Of a stretch of 64,000 bases of DNA, positions 1 through 8,783 are shown in pieces. Origin of the DNA: Bacilli bacterium. GTDB taxonomy: Bacteria; Bacillota_I; Bacilli_A; RFN20; CAG-631. Both the position numbers and the translations under genes were made by a program. Where the stretch lies: assembly GCA_900754115.1 (NCBI GenBank), contig CAAEBM010000057.1, positions 73,000-136,999 of the forward strand, in the 5' to 3' direction. How positions within the stretch are numbered: position 1 is the stretch's first letter; the number at the start of each line of letters is the position of its first letter. A model generated the notes under the pieces. The model ran no database searches. It worked only from the letters and a program-made list of their open reading frames with translations, and was not told the origin of the DNA.

Positions 1-1175
1 TTTCGTGTTTTTGTTAAATCGATTTTAGAATCTACTAAGACTCTTAATCCATTAGAAGCTATAAACCCATAAAGAACGATAGAAATACCACCCATAACAC
101 AAGCAGGTATAGCAGAAATTAAAGCGATAAACACATTACTGAAGGATAAAAGAATAGCCAAGATTGCCGCAAGCCCTGTAACCCAAACTGAAGCGACTTT
201 AGTCATTCCTACTACTGATGTATTTTCCCCATACGTGGTATTTGCAGGGCCTCCAAATAAAGCAGCTACACTTGTTGCAATTCCATCTCCTAGTAATGTT
301 TTGTCTAATCCAGGATCTTCTAAATAATCTTGACCTGTAATTTTAGATAAAACGCTGTGGTCACCGATATGTTCACAAGCTGTGACAAAAGCTAAAGGAA
401 TAACAGGTAATGCGCCAACAAGATTTACTTTGTTAAATGTAATGGTTGTTCCTAACACATTATAAGTGGCATCTTTTAAGGATAAAAAATGGAACTCTGG
501 AATTTTAAACCATTGTGCTGGTGACTTAATAATGGATACAAAATTAGAAAAGTCAATTAATCCGAAAATGGCGGATAAAATAAAACCTCCAACGATGGCG
601 AGTAAAAAAGGAATAATTTTCATAAATTTTGTTCCTTTTAAAGCAAATAATGCAACCATTAATAAACAAGCAAGAGCAATCAAAATCATTTTCCATTGTT
701 GCACTTTACTAACCCCTTCAATAGAGCTAACTAAGCCCGCATTAGAAATGGCACTCGTACTTAACCCTAAACCAATAATCATAATCATTGGACCCACAAT
801 AATTGGTGGTAATACTTTCTTTATCCATGTTTTTCCAAAAAGACGAACAGCTAACGCAATTAAACAATAAATCACACCGACAAAAAACATTCCTGTAAAA
901 ACAGCTCCTAACCCACTGGTTTTCATTAAAGATGAAATGACAGGAATATAAGCAAAACTGCTTCCCAAATAGACAGGTACTTTCGCTTTCGTGCAGGCAA
1001 TGTAAATCAAGGTTCCAAGCCCCGAAGTAAACAAAGCAACAGAAATCGGAAGTCCAGTTAAAAGTGGTACTAAAATCGTTGCACCAAACATAGCAAAGAC
1101 ATGTTGAAAACTTAATAAAAACCACTTTAACTTACTTTTGGGTCTGTCTTTTGCGTTTAAAATCATTTTTTCCAT
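1..1175 (-). CDS. pyrP: uracil/xanthine permease (NCS2 family); C-terminal part runs off the left window edge
   Basis: Minus-strand ORF open to position 1. Translation MEKMILNAKDRPKSKLKWFLLSFQHVFAMFGATILVPLLTGL...KVPVYLGSSFAYIPV has the NCS2 uracil permease signature. RBS AGGAGGG lies upstream of the ATG (complement of 1173-1175). The gene is not in the ORF track because no stop falls in the window. Confidence 0.8.
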   Translation of the reverse strand, partial: MEKMILNAKDRPKSKLKWFLLSFQHVFAMFGATILVPLLTGLPISVALFTSGLGTLIYIACTKAKVPVYLGSSFAYIPVISSLMKTSGLGAVFTGMFFVGVIYCLIALAVRLFGKTWIKKVLPPIIVGPMIMIIGLGLSTSAISNAGLVSSIEGVSKVQQWKMILIALACLLMVALFALKGTKFMKIIPFLLAIVGGFILSAIFGLIDFSNFVSIIKSPAQWFKIPEFHFLSLKDATYNVLGTTITFNKVNLVGALPVIPLAFVTACEHIGDHSVLSKITGQDYLEDPGLDKTLLGDGIATSVAALFGGPANTTYGENTSVVGMTKVASVWVTGLAAILAILLSFSNVFIALISAIPACVMGGISIVLYGFIASNGLRVLVDSKIDLTKTR

Positions 1176-1205
1176 TCTTTTCCCTCCTCTTGAATCAAAT
1201 GATTT

Positions 1206-1239
1206 AAAAAAAAGACACTTTATCAAAGGATAAAGTGCC
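1206..1239 (-). terminator. intrinsic terminator inside the 5' leader of the permease gene (putative transcription attenuator)
   Basis: On the minus strand: GGCACUUUAUC-CUUU-GAUAAAGUGUC (11-bp stem with one G.U) followed by U8. It ends about 30 nt upstream of the permease start codon. Confidence 0.55.
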
Positions 1240-1504
1240 TTTTAATAGAAAAAGAAAAAAGAAAAAGAAGACAATCAGGTGTATAATTTTTTAATACAAT
1301 TTGATTTTTGTTCATTTTCCATTTCCCCTTTACTTTTTCTGCTATATTATATTTTAAAAAAAAATGAAATGAAAGGATTTTCTTTTATTTTTTTTTATGA
1401 TAAAATAAATATGGTTTTCTTTTTTTTACAAAAAAATAAAAAAGATAAAAACTTATTTTATTCATTAATAGAGTAAAGCATGGTGTAAGACCATGTTTTT
1501 TACA

Positions 1505-1548
1505 TCTCTTTTAAAAAAAAGAACTTGAAATATTTCATTCAAGTTCTT
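1505..1548. terminator. bidirectional rho-independent terminator
   Basis: Hairpin AAGAACTTGAA-atatttc-TTCAAGTTCTT flanked by an A-run and a T-run. It lies immediately downstream of the minus-strand lipoprotein gene, which ends at 1571. Confidence 0.6.
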
Positions 1549-1570
1549 AAAAGTACAATCAAAAGTTTTT

Positions 1571-3637
1571 TTATTTAAAATTACAATTGTTTACAATGGT
1601 TTGACCATCAACTGTTATAGATAAGACACAGAAAGCATAATATGTTTTTTCATTCCAGTTACAAGGAATGATATCAATACTTATTTCTTGACCATCATAA
1701 GGAGTTAAAAATTCATATTGTTTAGTAGCATCAGAGCAGTAAAGATTTAATTCTACATCACCAGCGGCATTTGTTATTTTAATTTGATTAGAATATGTAC
1801 CAAGAATTAATTTAACCTTTCCTGTAATAACATATGCATTGGTTGTGAGATCTTCTGTAATTGATAAATTTTTTAATTCTTCTACTGTTTTTGAAGAATC
1901 AAATGTTTCTTTTGAATATTCATGTTCTCCATATAAATTAGCTACTAAGGTTGCTTCATCCAAAGCTGATTGTCCAAGAATCCCTTTTTCTTCATTAGCT
2001 CTTACATGAGTTCTTGTCCCTTTCATAATAACCATATTGCCTAAACTTAATTTTTTAATTGTTTCAGAATCTGTACGAACTGCTAAAACACCAGTTTCAT
2101 CAATAAGATAAAAACCACTATTTTGGTTGGCTACAGAAGCAGCAACAACACCTTTAACAATCACTTCTTCATTGTCTTCAGCTTCAATTGCTTCTTTGAC
2201 TGTGACTGCTTGTTGTACATCAGGGCTAGATACATTAATTGTAATATCTTTACTATAAGTTGAAGTTGTACCATAATTTCCAGTAATTGTTACTTTTGCT
2301 GTACCTACATCTTTTGTGTGCATTACTGCGCTATCTTCTGTTGTATCAAAATAGATTACATCAGTATTATCAGATTGATAAGATAGTGTAGCATTTTCAA
2401 AACCTAAAAGAGTAGAAGAAACTTTAGTGACTAAAGATAAATTAGGATCTCCAGTGTAAGTATCTAAGAATTGATCCACTCCATAATAATCTACTACAAA
2501 TTGAGCAGTATCTTTTAAATCAAAAGTGTATCCTTCATCAATTACTTCAATTGGCATGAAACGGAAAAAGCATCCAGAATCAGTAGATTTTGCGTTGATT
2601 GCAGAGAGATAAACTGTACAAATTTTACCATCAAATTCATCTAAATAAGCAAAATCACTTCCATTACACATCGTATAAACATAAGAACCAGTTTCATCAT
2701 CTAAATCATTGATATAATAATTGACAAATCCTGTACCAGGAACTTTATTGACAACTGCATTTACTTTATAAATGTTTGTTGTAATATTTTCACTGATTGG
2801 TGTATCCACAATTGCTTTTACTGTTGTTTCTTGAATCCAAGATTTATCAAAATCTGTTTTTTGATTATCATTTTCAATTAAATAAGGATTTGAAATTTGA
2901 CAAGAACCAGGATATCCATACTTTGCTGCATTTGCTTTTTCGCTTTCTAAAACATAGTAAGTTTTTTCTCCAGCAATCGTTATAGTATTTCCTTCTTGTA
3001 CTTGACCAGCAACTTCACCATAAACATAAATGGATCCTGTATTATCTACTAAATAAAATCCATTAGGAATCATGCCATTAGCATAAGTAATTTTTGTGAC
3101 AACACCTGTTAATTTTACTTTTGTGCCTGCTGCATCATTTCTAGCAGTTGTAATATCTTTTGCTGTATAATCACCAATCTCTATATCGGGTTCATTGTGT
3201 TTAAATTCTTGAATCCAGCCAGAACCCATTTCAGGTTGATTTTTAAACATTTTTAAACTTCCGTATAAAACAACAAAATCTCCTTTTACTGGCTTGTCAT
3301 CTAATTCTGAGTAGCGTAATTCTCCATCTTTAGAATACGTTCTATAAATGTAAAGAGAATTCGTGCCATCAGTAATGGTCATCTCTCCATAAGTTGGGTT
3401 AGAAACCGTTACAATTTCTCCATAAACATAATACTTTTCAGATGTTCCTTCTTCCCCAGCTTCAGTTGCAATATTAATAGCTTCGGCAATGCTTGTACAT
3501 TTACTTGGATCTTCAATAGAACAGCCGCCGCCTGCAACAATAGAAGATGATGGGTTTTTGTCTTCTTTACAACCGACTAAACTAAACAAACATAAACTGG
3601 CAACAAACAAACTTAAATTTCGAAAATATTTTTTCAT
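1571..3637 (-). CDS. surface lipoprotein with repeated OB-fold-like modules and an Ig-like (Big_2-type) domain; function unknown
   Basis: 688-aa ORF with GGAGG RBS. Signal peptide plus lipobox: MKKYFRNLSLFVASLCLFSLVGC. Repeated motifs (KYYVYGEIVTV, NGFYLVDNTGSIYVYGEV, SGFYLIDETGVLAVRT) suggest OB-fold repeats. VTITGNYGTTSTYSKDITINV is Big_2-like. Confidence 0.6.
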   Translation of the reverse strand: MKKYFRNLSLFVASLCLFSLVGCKEDKNPSSSIVAGGGCSIEDPSKCTSIAEAINIATEAGEEGTSEKYYVYGEIVTVSNPTYGEMTITDGTNSLYIYRTYSKDGELRYSELDDKPVKGDFVVLYGSLKMFKNQPEMGSGWIQEFKHNEPDIEIGDYTAKDITTARNDAAGTKVKLTGVVTKITYANGMIPNGFYLVDNTGSIYVYGEVAGQVQEGNTITIAGEKTYYVLESEKANAAKYGYPGSCQISNPYLIENDNQKTDFDKSWIQETTVKAIVDTPISENITTNIYKVNAVVNKVPGTGFVNYYINDLDDETGSYVYTMCNGSDFAYLDEFDGKICTVYLSAINAKSTDSGCFFRFMPIEVIDEGYTFDLKDTAQFVVDYYGVDQFLDTYTGDPNLSLVTKVSSTLLGFENATLSYQSDNTDVIYFDTTEDSAVMHTKDVGTAKVTITGNYGTTSTYSKDITINVSSPDVQQAVTVKEAIEAEDNEEVIVKGVVAASVANQNSGFYLIDETGVLAVRTDSETIKKLSLGNMVIMKGTRTHVRANEEKGILGQSALDEATLVANLYGEHEYSKETFDSSKTVEELKNLSITEDLTTNAYVITGKVKLILGTYSNQIKITNAAGDVELNLYCSDATKQYEFLTPYDGQEISIDIIPCNWNEKTYYAFCVLSITVDGQTIVNNCNFK

Positions 3638-3699
3638 ATTTGTTTTCCTCCCATATCATTATAAAGAAGAAAATCTTTTTTGTAAATATAAGAAAATAA

Positions 3700-3725
3700 A
3701 AAAAGAGCAGATTACTCTTTTTTCA
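3700..3725. terminator. hairpin plus T-run overlapping the 3' end of the helicase gene
   Basis: AAAAAGAG-cagatta-CTCTTTTTT. This is a weak, short stem. Confidence 0.35.
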
Positions 3726-5927
3726 GGTTTTGAACTCTTTGAATCATCCCTTGTATATCTAACACTCCATAAGCAAATCTTTTTTTGATTAATTCAATAG
3801 GAACGAATTCATCATATTTTTCAAATAGAGGCACTTCTTTGGGATAGACAAGTTCAAAAGGATTGATTGGCTTTTGACTTTCTTCTAATAAAACCTCATA
3901 AAACTCTTGTATTGTCGCTTTCATTTGAAATTGAATAAAATAAGGTCTAGACACATTCATTTTCTTAAGTTTTAGTTTTGCTGCACATTTAATTTTTAAA
4001 AATCGTTCTAGAGCTAAAAAACTATAGGTTCCAAGCCATGGAAAAAGACAATACATTTCTCCTCCCAAACAAATTAAAGGTTGCTGAAATAAATTAGAAT
4101 GTAAAGCAATTTTTCTTCCTTCTTTTAAACGCTCTATCGCTTGCTCTTTTAAATAAGGATAAAGGGTATCTTCCTTTAAAATCTTTGCCATCTTTTCTAA
4201 TACTTTGGTATGAATGTCTCCAGGGCATAGACCAAAATAAGCGGGTACTTGTCCTTTTGCCTCTTCACAATAAATGACATGTTTTTGATAGTCAATTTCT
4301 TCAACAGTCCAAACTTTTCCTGCCAAAGCAATTTTATCTTTTAAAGGAGGTGGTTTAACAATCGAACCAATTTCTTGTGCATGGCAGCGAACAACATATT
4401 CTTCATTTTCTACAAAAACTGCATAAAATTTAAATGAACGAATGATTTTTTCTCCTGCAAGACCAATAATTAAGCCTCCTTCTTCTGTTTTTTGTAAATA
4501 ATCGATTTGAAGTAAATGATGCAATAATTGTTGATAATCTTGTTTTGTTATGGAGCAAAAGTAAGGTAAAGTTAAGACTTTTGCTGCTAGTTGTGTGGGT
4601 GTTAATTCTCCTTGAGAGGCTAAAATAGACATCGTTTGATGATAAAGTAAACTATAAGGATAGGGTGAAACTCGTAAAGGTTCAACCCATTTTTCTTCTA
4701 TATAAAGTTGAATTAAAGCGATTGCTTGCAATAGTTTCCATGGTATCGTTGCAGGAAGCATTTCTCTTGATGTTGGCATTTCTTCTCGAATGACAAACCA
4801 CATTTCTGGGATTTGGTTACGTCTTCCGGTTCGTCCCATTCGTTGTAAAAAAGAAGAAACCATCGCTGGAGCATCAATTTGAAAAGCACGTTCTAGCCTG
4901 CCAATGTCAATTCCTAATTCTAAGGTCGCCGTGGTGATGGTTGATTGTAATTGTTCTTCATCTTTCATTATCGTTTCTGCTGTTTCTCGATAAGATGCTG
5001 ATAAATTCCCATGATGGATTAAAAAACGATCGGGCTCATGATTTAATTCACAATAATGTCTTAAAGTGGAAGTGACCAATTCGCATTCTTCTCTAGAATT
5101 GGTAAAAACTAGACATTTTTTCCCTTTTGTATGTTCAAAAATATAGTTTAACCCTGGATCAGCATAGACAAGTAATTTTTCTTGTTGAGTCCGTTTTTCC
5201 TTTTTTAATGCAAGTGTTTCACTAGCATTTTGTACATAAAAATGTTGTAAAGATAAACGCCATTTTATCTTAGTTTGTGGAATTTGGGGAATCAATGTTT
5301 GTTTATCGGTTCCTAAAGCAAGCAATTCCCCAACCTCTTTTGGATTTCCTAAAGTGGCAGATAGCCCTATTCTTCTTGGATGAACATTGGCAATGCGACA
5401 AAGTCTTTGAATCAAACAAAGTGTTTGCCCACCTCGCTCATTTCTTAATAAAGAATGGACTTCATCAATAATAATAAATTGTAAGTCTGAAAACAAATGA
5501 GCAATCATATTGTGTTTATGTAAAAGTAATGATTCTAAAGATTCAGGTGTAATCTGTAAAATACCTGAAGGATATTTTAACATTCGCTGTTTATGAGAAT
5601 AAGAAACATCTCCATGCCAATGCCAAACAGGAATTTGAGCCCTATCACAAAGTGTAGTTAAACGTTCAAATTGATCATTAATTAATGCTTTTAAAGGGCC
5701 AATATAAATGGCGCCAATCGATTGAGGCATCTTTTGGTAAAACAGCGAAAGAATAGGAAAAAAAGCAGCTTCAGTTTTTCCACTAGCTGTCGAACCTAGT
5801 AATAATACATGTTCCTCTGTATTAAAAATAGCCTCTCCTGCAGCCACTTGAATGGCACGCAAAGATTCCCATTGATTTTGATATATAAAATCTTGGATAA
5901 ACGGAGCATATTTTTCAAAAATAGAAC
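3712..5927 (-). CDS. sngC: Lhr/BrxHI-like DEAH-box superfamily-2 helicase; third gene of a Shango-like (TerB - ATPase - helicase) defense operon
   Basis: Walker A LLLGSTASGKTEAAFFP, DEVH box IIIDEVHSL, and an SF2 C-terminal helicase region (QRMGRTGRR) plus a long C-terminal extension. The likely ATG is at 5927 with RBS AGGTGG; the ORF track started at a GTG at 5940. It is directly downstream of the ATPase gene. Confidence 0.65.
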
Positions 5928-5940
5928 TCATAAAAGCCAC

Positions 5941-7248
5941 CTAAACCTCAAATTCAGTAAATAATTCTTCTTCGTCTTTAAAAGAAGAAACAGATTCAAA
6001 TTCTTTTGAATTCAAAACTTCTTCAATGCTAAAAGTTGGATTTTGATAAAGAATATTTAATAATTCAATAAAATCACGAATGACTTCTCGAGGAGTAAGA
6101 TGCGTTTCCGCTCCCACTTTTCCATATTCAAGTTGCATAAAGGTTAAATAGCGATCTGGTGTTAAATTCAATGTATAATCAAACAAAACTGCATGAATTT
6201 CTGCTAATTTTTCAATTAAAACAAACATTTCTTCATAGGTTAAAGGATTTAAAGAAATGATTGGCGCAAACATATCTTGATAATTTGTTTGATTTAATCG
6301 ACCCTTACTTAAACGAGAGCGAAGTGCTTCATAACTGAATACACCTCTTTTTGTATCTTCAATACATTGAGGAGTTCCACACATGATAATTCCTAAATAC
6401 TTTGCCTTTCCTTGTAAAGTATCATTGTACATCGTCAAGATTTTTTCATAATTGTATTGGCGGGTAATACTATTGGGAATTTTATAAATATTGACTAACT
6501 CATCTATTAAAATCAGCAATCCTTGATACCCTGCTTTCTTTAAAAAGAAAGCAAATAACTTAATGTATTCATACCAATCTTCATCATTAATGAGAATATT
6601 AATGCCTAAATCTTCCTTCACTGCTGCTTTTGTAGTATATTCTCCACGAAACCATTGAACAACTTTTGTTTTTAAAGCCTCATCATCTAAAAGATAAGCA
6701 CGATAATAACACGTCAACAATTTAGCAAAATCAAAACCATGAACAAGTTCATTTAAAGAAGAAATGACTTCAAAAATCTTTTTTTCCACTAAATTAGAAA
6801 AAGAAGAAGTGGATGTTAACGTAGGATTTTCCATTTGTACTTGGGTTTGAACTTGATTAATCCATCGATCTAAAATTAAAGTGAGCGCCCCACCTTCAGG
6901 TTTTGTTTTAGTAGACATATTTTTTATCAATTCTTTATAAGTTGCAAGTCCTTGACCTTTTGTACCATGTAATCGCCTTTCTGGTGACAAATCTGCATCA
7001 ACAACGACAAAATTTCTATCCATTGCATAATTTCGAATCGTTTGTAGTAAAAAACTTTTTCCACTGCCATACTTTCCCATTATGAAGCGAAAAGTAGCGC
7101 CACCTTCTTCAATTAATGAAATATCGTGTAATAAGGCTTGAATTTCAATTTCGCGCCCCACTGTAATATAGGGCAAGCCAATTCGAGGAACCACTCCACT
7201 TTTTAATGAATTGATAATAATGGAGGCAATTCTTTTGGGTATTTTCAT
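5941..7248 (-). CDS. sngB: P-loop ATPase of the DUF2791 / BrxD-like family; second gene of the Shango-like operon
   Basis: 435-aa ORF with Walker A FIMGKYGSGKSFLLQT and Walker B-like LLILIDEL. Its start codon overlaps the stop of the upstream gene (ATGA at 7245-7248). The architecture matches the ATPase partner of Lhr-like helicases in Ter-associated/BREX type 2/Shango systems. Confidence 0.6.
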   Translation of the reverse strand: MKIPKRIASIIINSLKSGVVPRIGLPYITVGREIEIQALLHDISLIEEGGATFRFIMGKYGSGKSFLLQTIRNYAMDRNFVVVDADLSPERRLHGTKGQGLATYKELIKNMSTKTKPEGGALTLILDRWINQVQTQVQMENPTLTSTSSFSNLVEKKIFEVISSLNELVHGFDFAKLLTCYYRAYLLDDEALKTKVVQWFRGEYTTKAAVKEDLGINILINDEDWYEYIKLFAFFLKKAGYQGLLILIDELVNIYKIPNSITRQYNYEKILTMYNDTLQGKAKYLGIIMCGTPQCIEDTKRGVFSYEALRSRLSKGRLNQTNYQDMFAPIISLNPLTYEEMFVLIEKLAEIHAVLFDYTLNLTPDRYLTFMQLEYGKVGAETHLTPREVIRDFIELLNILYQNPTFSIEEVLNSKEFESVSSFKDEEELFTEFEV

Positions 7249-8690
7249 ATGGTAATCATTCCTTTCAATTCATCAAGATAATCTTCGATAATCGTTACAA
7301 CATCTGCGTCATTGATTTCAAGAACATTATCTTGAAAATGTTCAAAACATTTTTCATTGATTTGTTCAACTAGTAAAGAACACATTCCTTTTTTTTCCTT
7401 TACAAAAGTGTGATAATCTTGTTGCTTTAAAATTAAAGATAAAAACATCTTTTCATCTTGAGTGAAACTACCTTCTTCAACTATCGTGTTTTGTAAAATT
7501 GGTTCTTCTTCTAATTCTTCCTTTGTAACTAAACTTTGAAAAGTTTTTAAAGCATTTTGTCGAATTTGATTTAAAGCGCTTGGGCGAATCACAATGTTTG
7601 CTTTCTTTTTCATTTTTTCATATTGTTCAATGACTTGCTTTATTTTTTTTACCATTTCTAAAGGGATATGATACGTAAGATTTTTATTTTCTAACCCTTC
7701 TTGATTCTTTAACAATCCCTCGATAGTCAAACAAAAATAACCTAAATCCTTACTTTTTTTCGTTTCATATCCTTCTTTAAACCATTGATGATTTTGATAA
7801 AAATAAGTGGTAAGTTCATTGGCCACATAAGGTTCATTTTCTTTTTTTAAAGGGTAAAACAAAGCTTCTTGAAACAAATAAATTCTTTTTTGCTTTTTCT
7901 TTTTAAATAGTTTTTCAAAAAAAGAAATTTTTTTCTTTTCTTGATAATACTTTTTTAAAGTTTGATAAGACAACACCACAATTTGTTGCACTTTTTCAGG
8001 ATATAATTGATATATTTTGGAATTTTTTAAAGAATAAGTGGACATACAATCGATTGCTTCAAATTGTTGTTTTAACGAAGCATCACCAAAATATAAAATT
8101 TGTAAATTTTTTTCTAAAGGATCTTCTAAATCTTTTAATAAAAGAGGGTTTAAATGATAATAGATGACATAATCTTTAATCCAGTTTGTCAAAGGATTAA
8201 TGATTCTTTCATCTAGCAAACGATACACTTTTAAAAAATTTGTCAATTTTTCATAGCCATCCAAATTAGAATCAACTCCAATTTGGTTCATCAACTCATA
8301 TAAATAAACATAAACAAAAGAAAGTGACGTTTTTTCAATTTGTCCTTTTCTTGTTTTCGTTCTCCAACTAAAATATCCTCGTAATTGTTCATTACTCATC
8401 GCTTGATAAGATGGAAAATAACGAAAAAAAGTTCCATGATAGCAAAAATCATCTTCATATTTTTCCATCTGCTTTCCAAAAACATAAAAACGATACTCTT
8501 CTGATTGTTGTTTCAAGTCGGGGCGAAAAAATAATTCTTTTAAATCAGCAATTTCTTTAGGCAACCAATTGCTTGCTTGTCGAGCTGTCTTTAAAATCGG
8601 TTCGTCATGAAAAATCATGGAATCAAATTGATGACTATTTTTAATTTTATCTTGGTTGATTAATTGTTGTATCAATTCTTTTGTATCCAT
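7245..8690 (-). CDS. sngA: alpha-helical protein consistent with a TerB-N / TerB-C domain protein; first gene of the Shango-like operon
   Basis: 481-aa ORF with RBS AGAGAGG. The region LRGYFSWRTKTRKGQIEKTSLSFVYVYLYELMNQIG resembles the conserved TerB-N core. The C-terminus is acidic (EINDADVVTIIEDYLDELKG). The domain assignment is by eye only. The gene has its own upstream promoter region and a terminator behind the preceding gene. Confidence 0.45.
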   Translation of the reverse strand: MDTKELIQQLINQDKIKNSHQFDSMIFHDEPILKTARQASNWLPKEIADLKELFFRPDLKQQSEEYRFYVFGKQMEKYEDDFCYHGTFFRYFPSYQAMSNEQLRGYFSWRTKTRKGQIEKTSLSFVYVYLYELMNQIGVDSNLDGYEKLTNFLKVYRLLDERIINPLTNWIKDYVIYYHLNPLLLKDLEDPLEKNLQILYFGDASLKQQFEAIDCMSTYSLKNSKIYQLYPEKVQQIVVLSYQTLKKYYQEKKKISFFEKLFKKKKQKRIYLFQEALFYPLKKENEPYVANELTTYFYQNHQWFKEGYETKKSKDLGYFCLTIEGLLKNQEGLENKNLTYHIPLEMVKKIKQVIEQYEKMKKKANIVIRPSALNQIRQNALKTFQSLVTKEELEEEPILQNTIVEEGSFTQDEKMFLSLILKQQDYHTFVKEKKGMCSLLVEQINEKCFEHFQDNVLEINDADVVTIIEDYLDELKGMITI

Positions 8691-8747
8691 CTTTGAACCT
8701 CTCTTAAAGTTAGTTTTACTATATCATATTTTTACATCCATTTCCAT

Positions 8748-8771
8748 AAAAAAACAATGACAAAGTCATTG
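8748..8771 (-). terminator. rho-independent terminator downstream of ligD
   Basis: On the minus strand: CAATGAC-tttg-TCATTG followed by T7. Confidence 0.5.
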
Positions 8772-8783
8772 TTAAAAGTTAAA

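Noticed and set aside
466-1125. Two ORF-track ORFs (466-870 +, 742-1125 -) overlapping the permease gene
   Set aside because: Out-of-frame or antisense to a well-supported NCS2 permease ORF that runs 1175 to beyond position 1. Translations are low-complexity with no motifs.
1279-1476. 65-aa plus-strand ORF in the permease leader region
   Set aside because: Extremely low-complexity F/K/L-rich translation of AT-rich intergenic DNA with no RBS. The region is better explained as the 5' leader/attenuator of the minus-strand permease gene.
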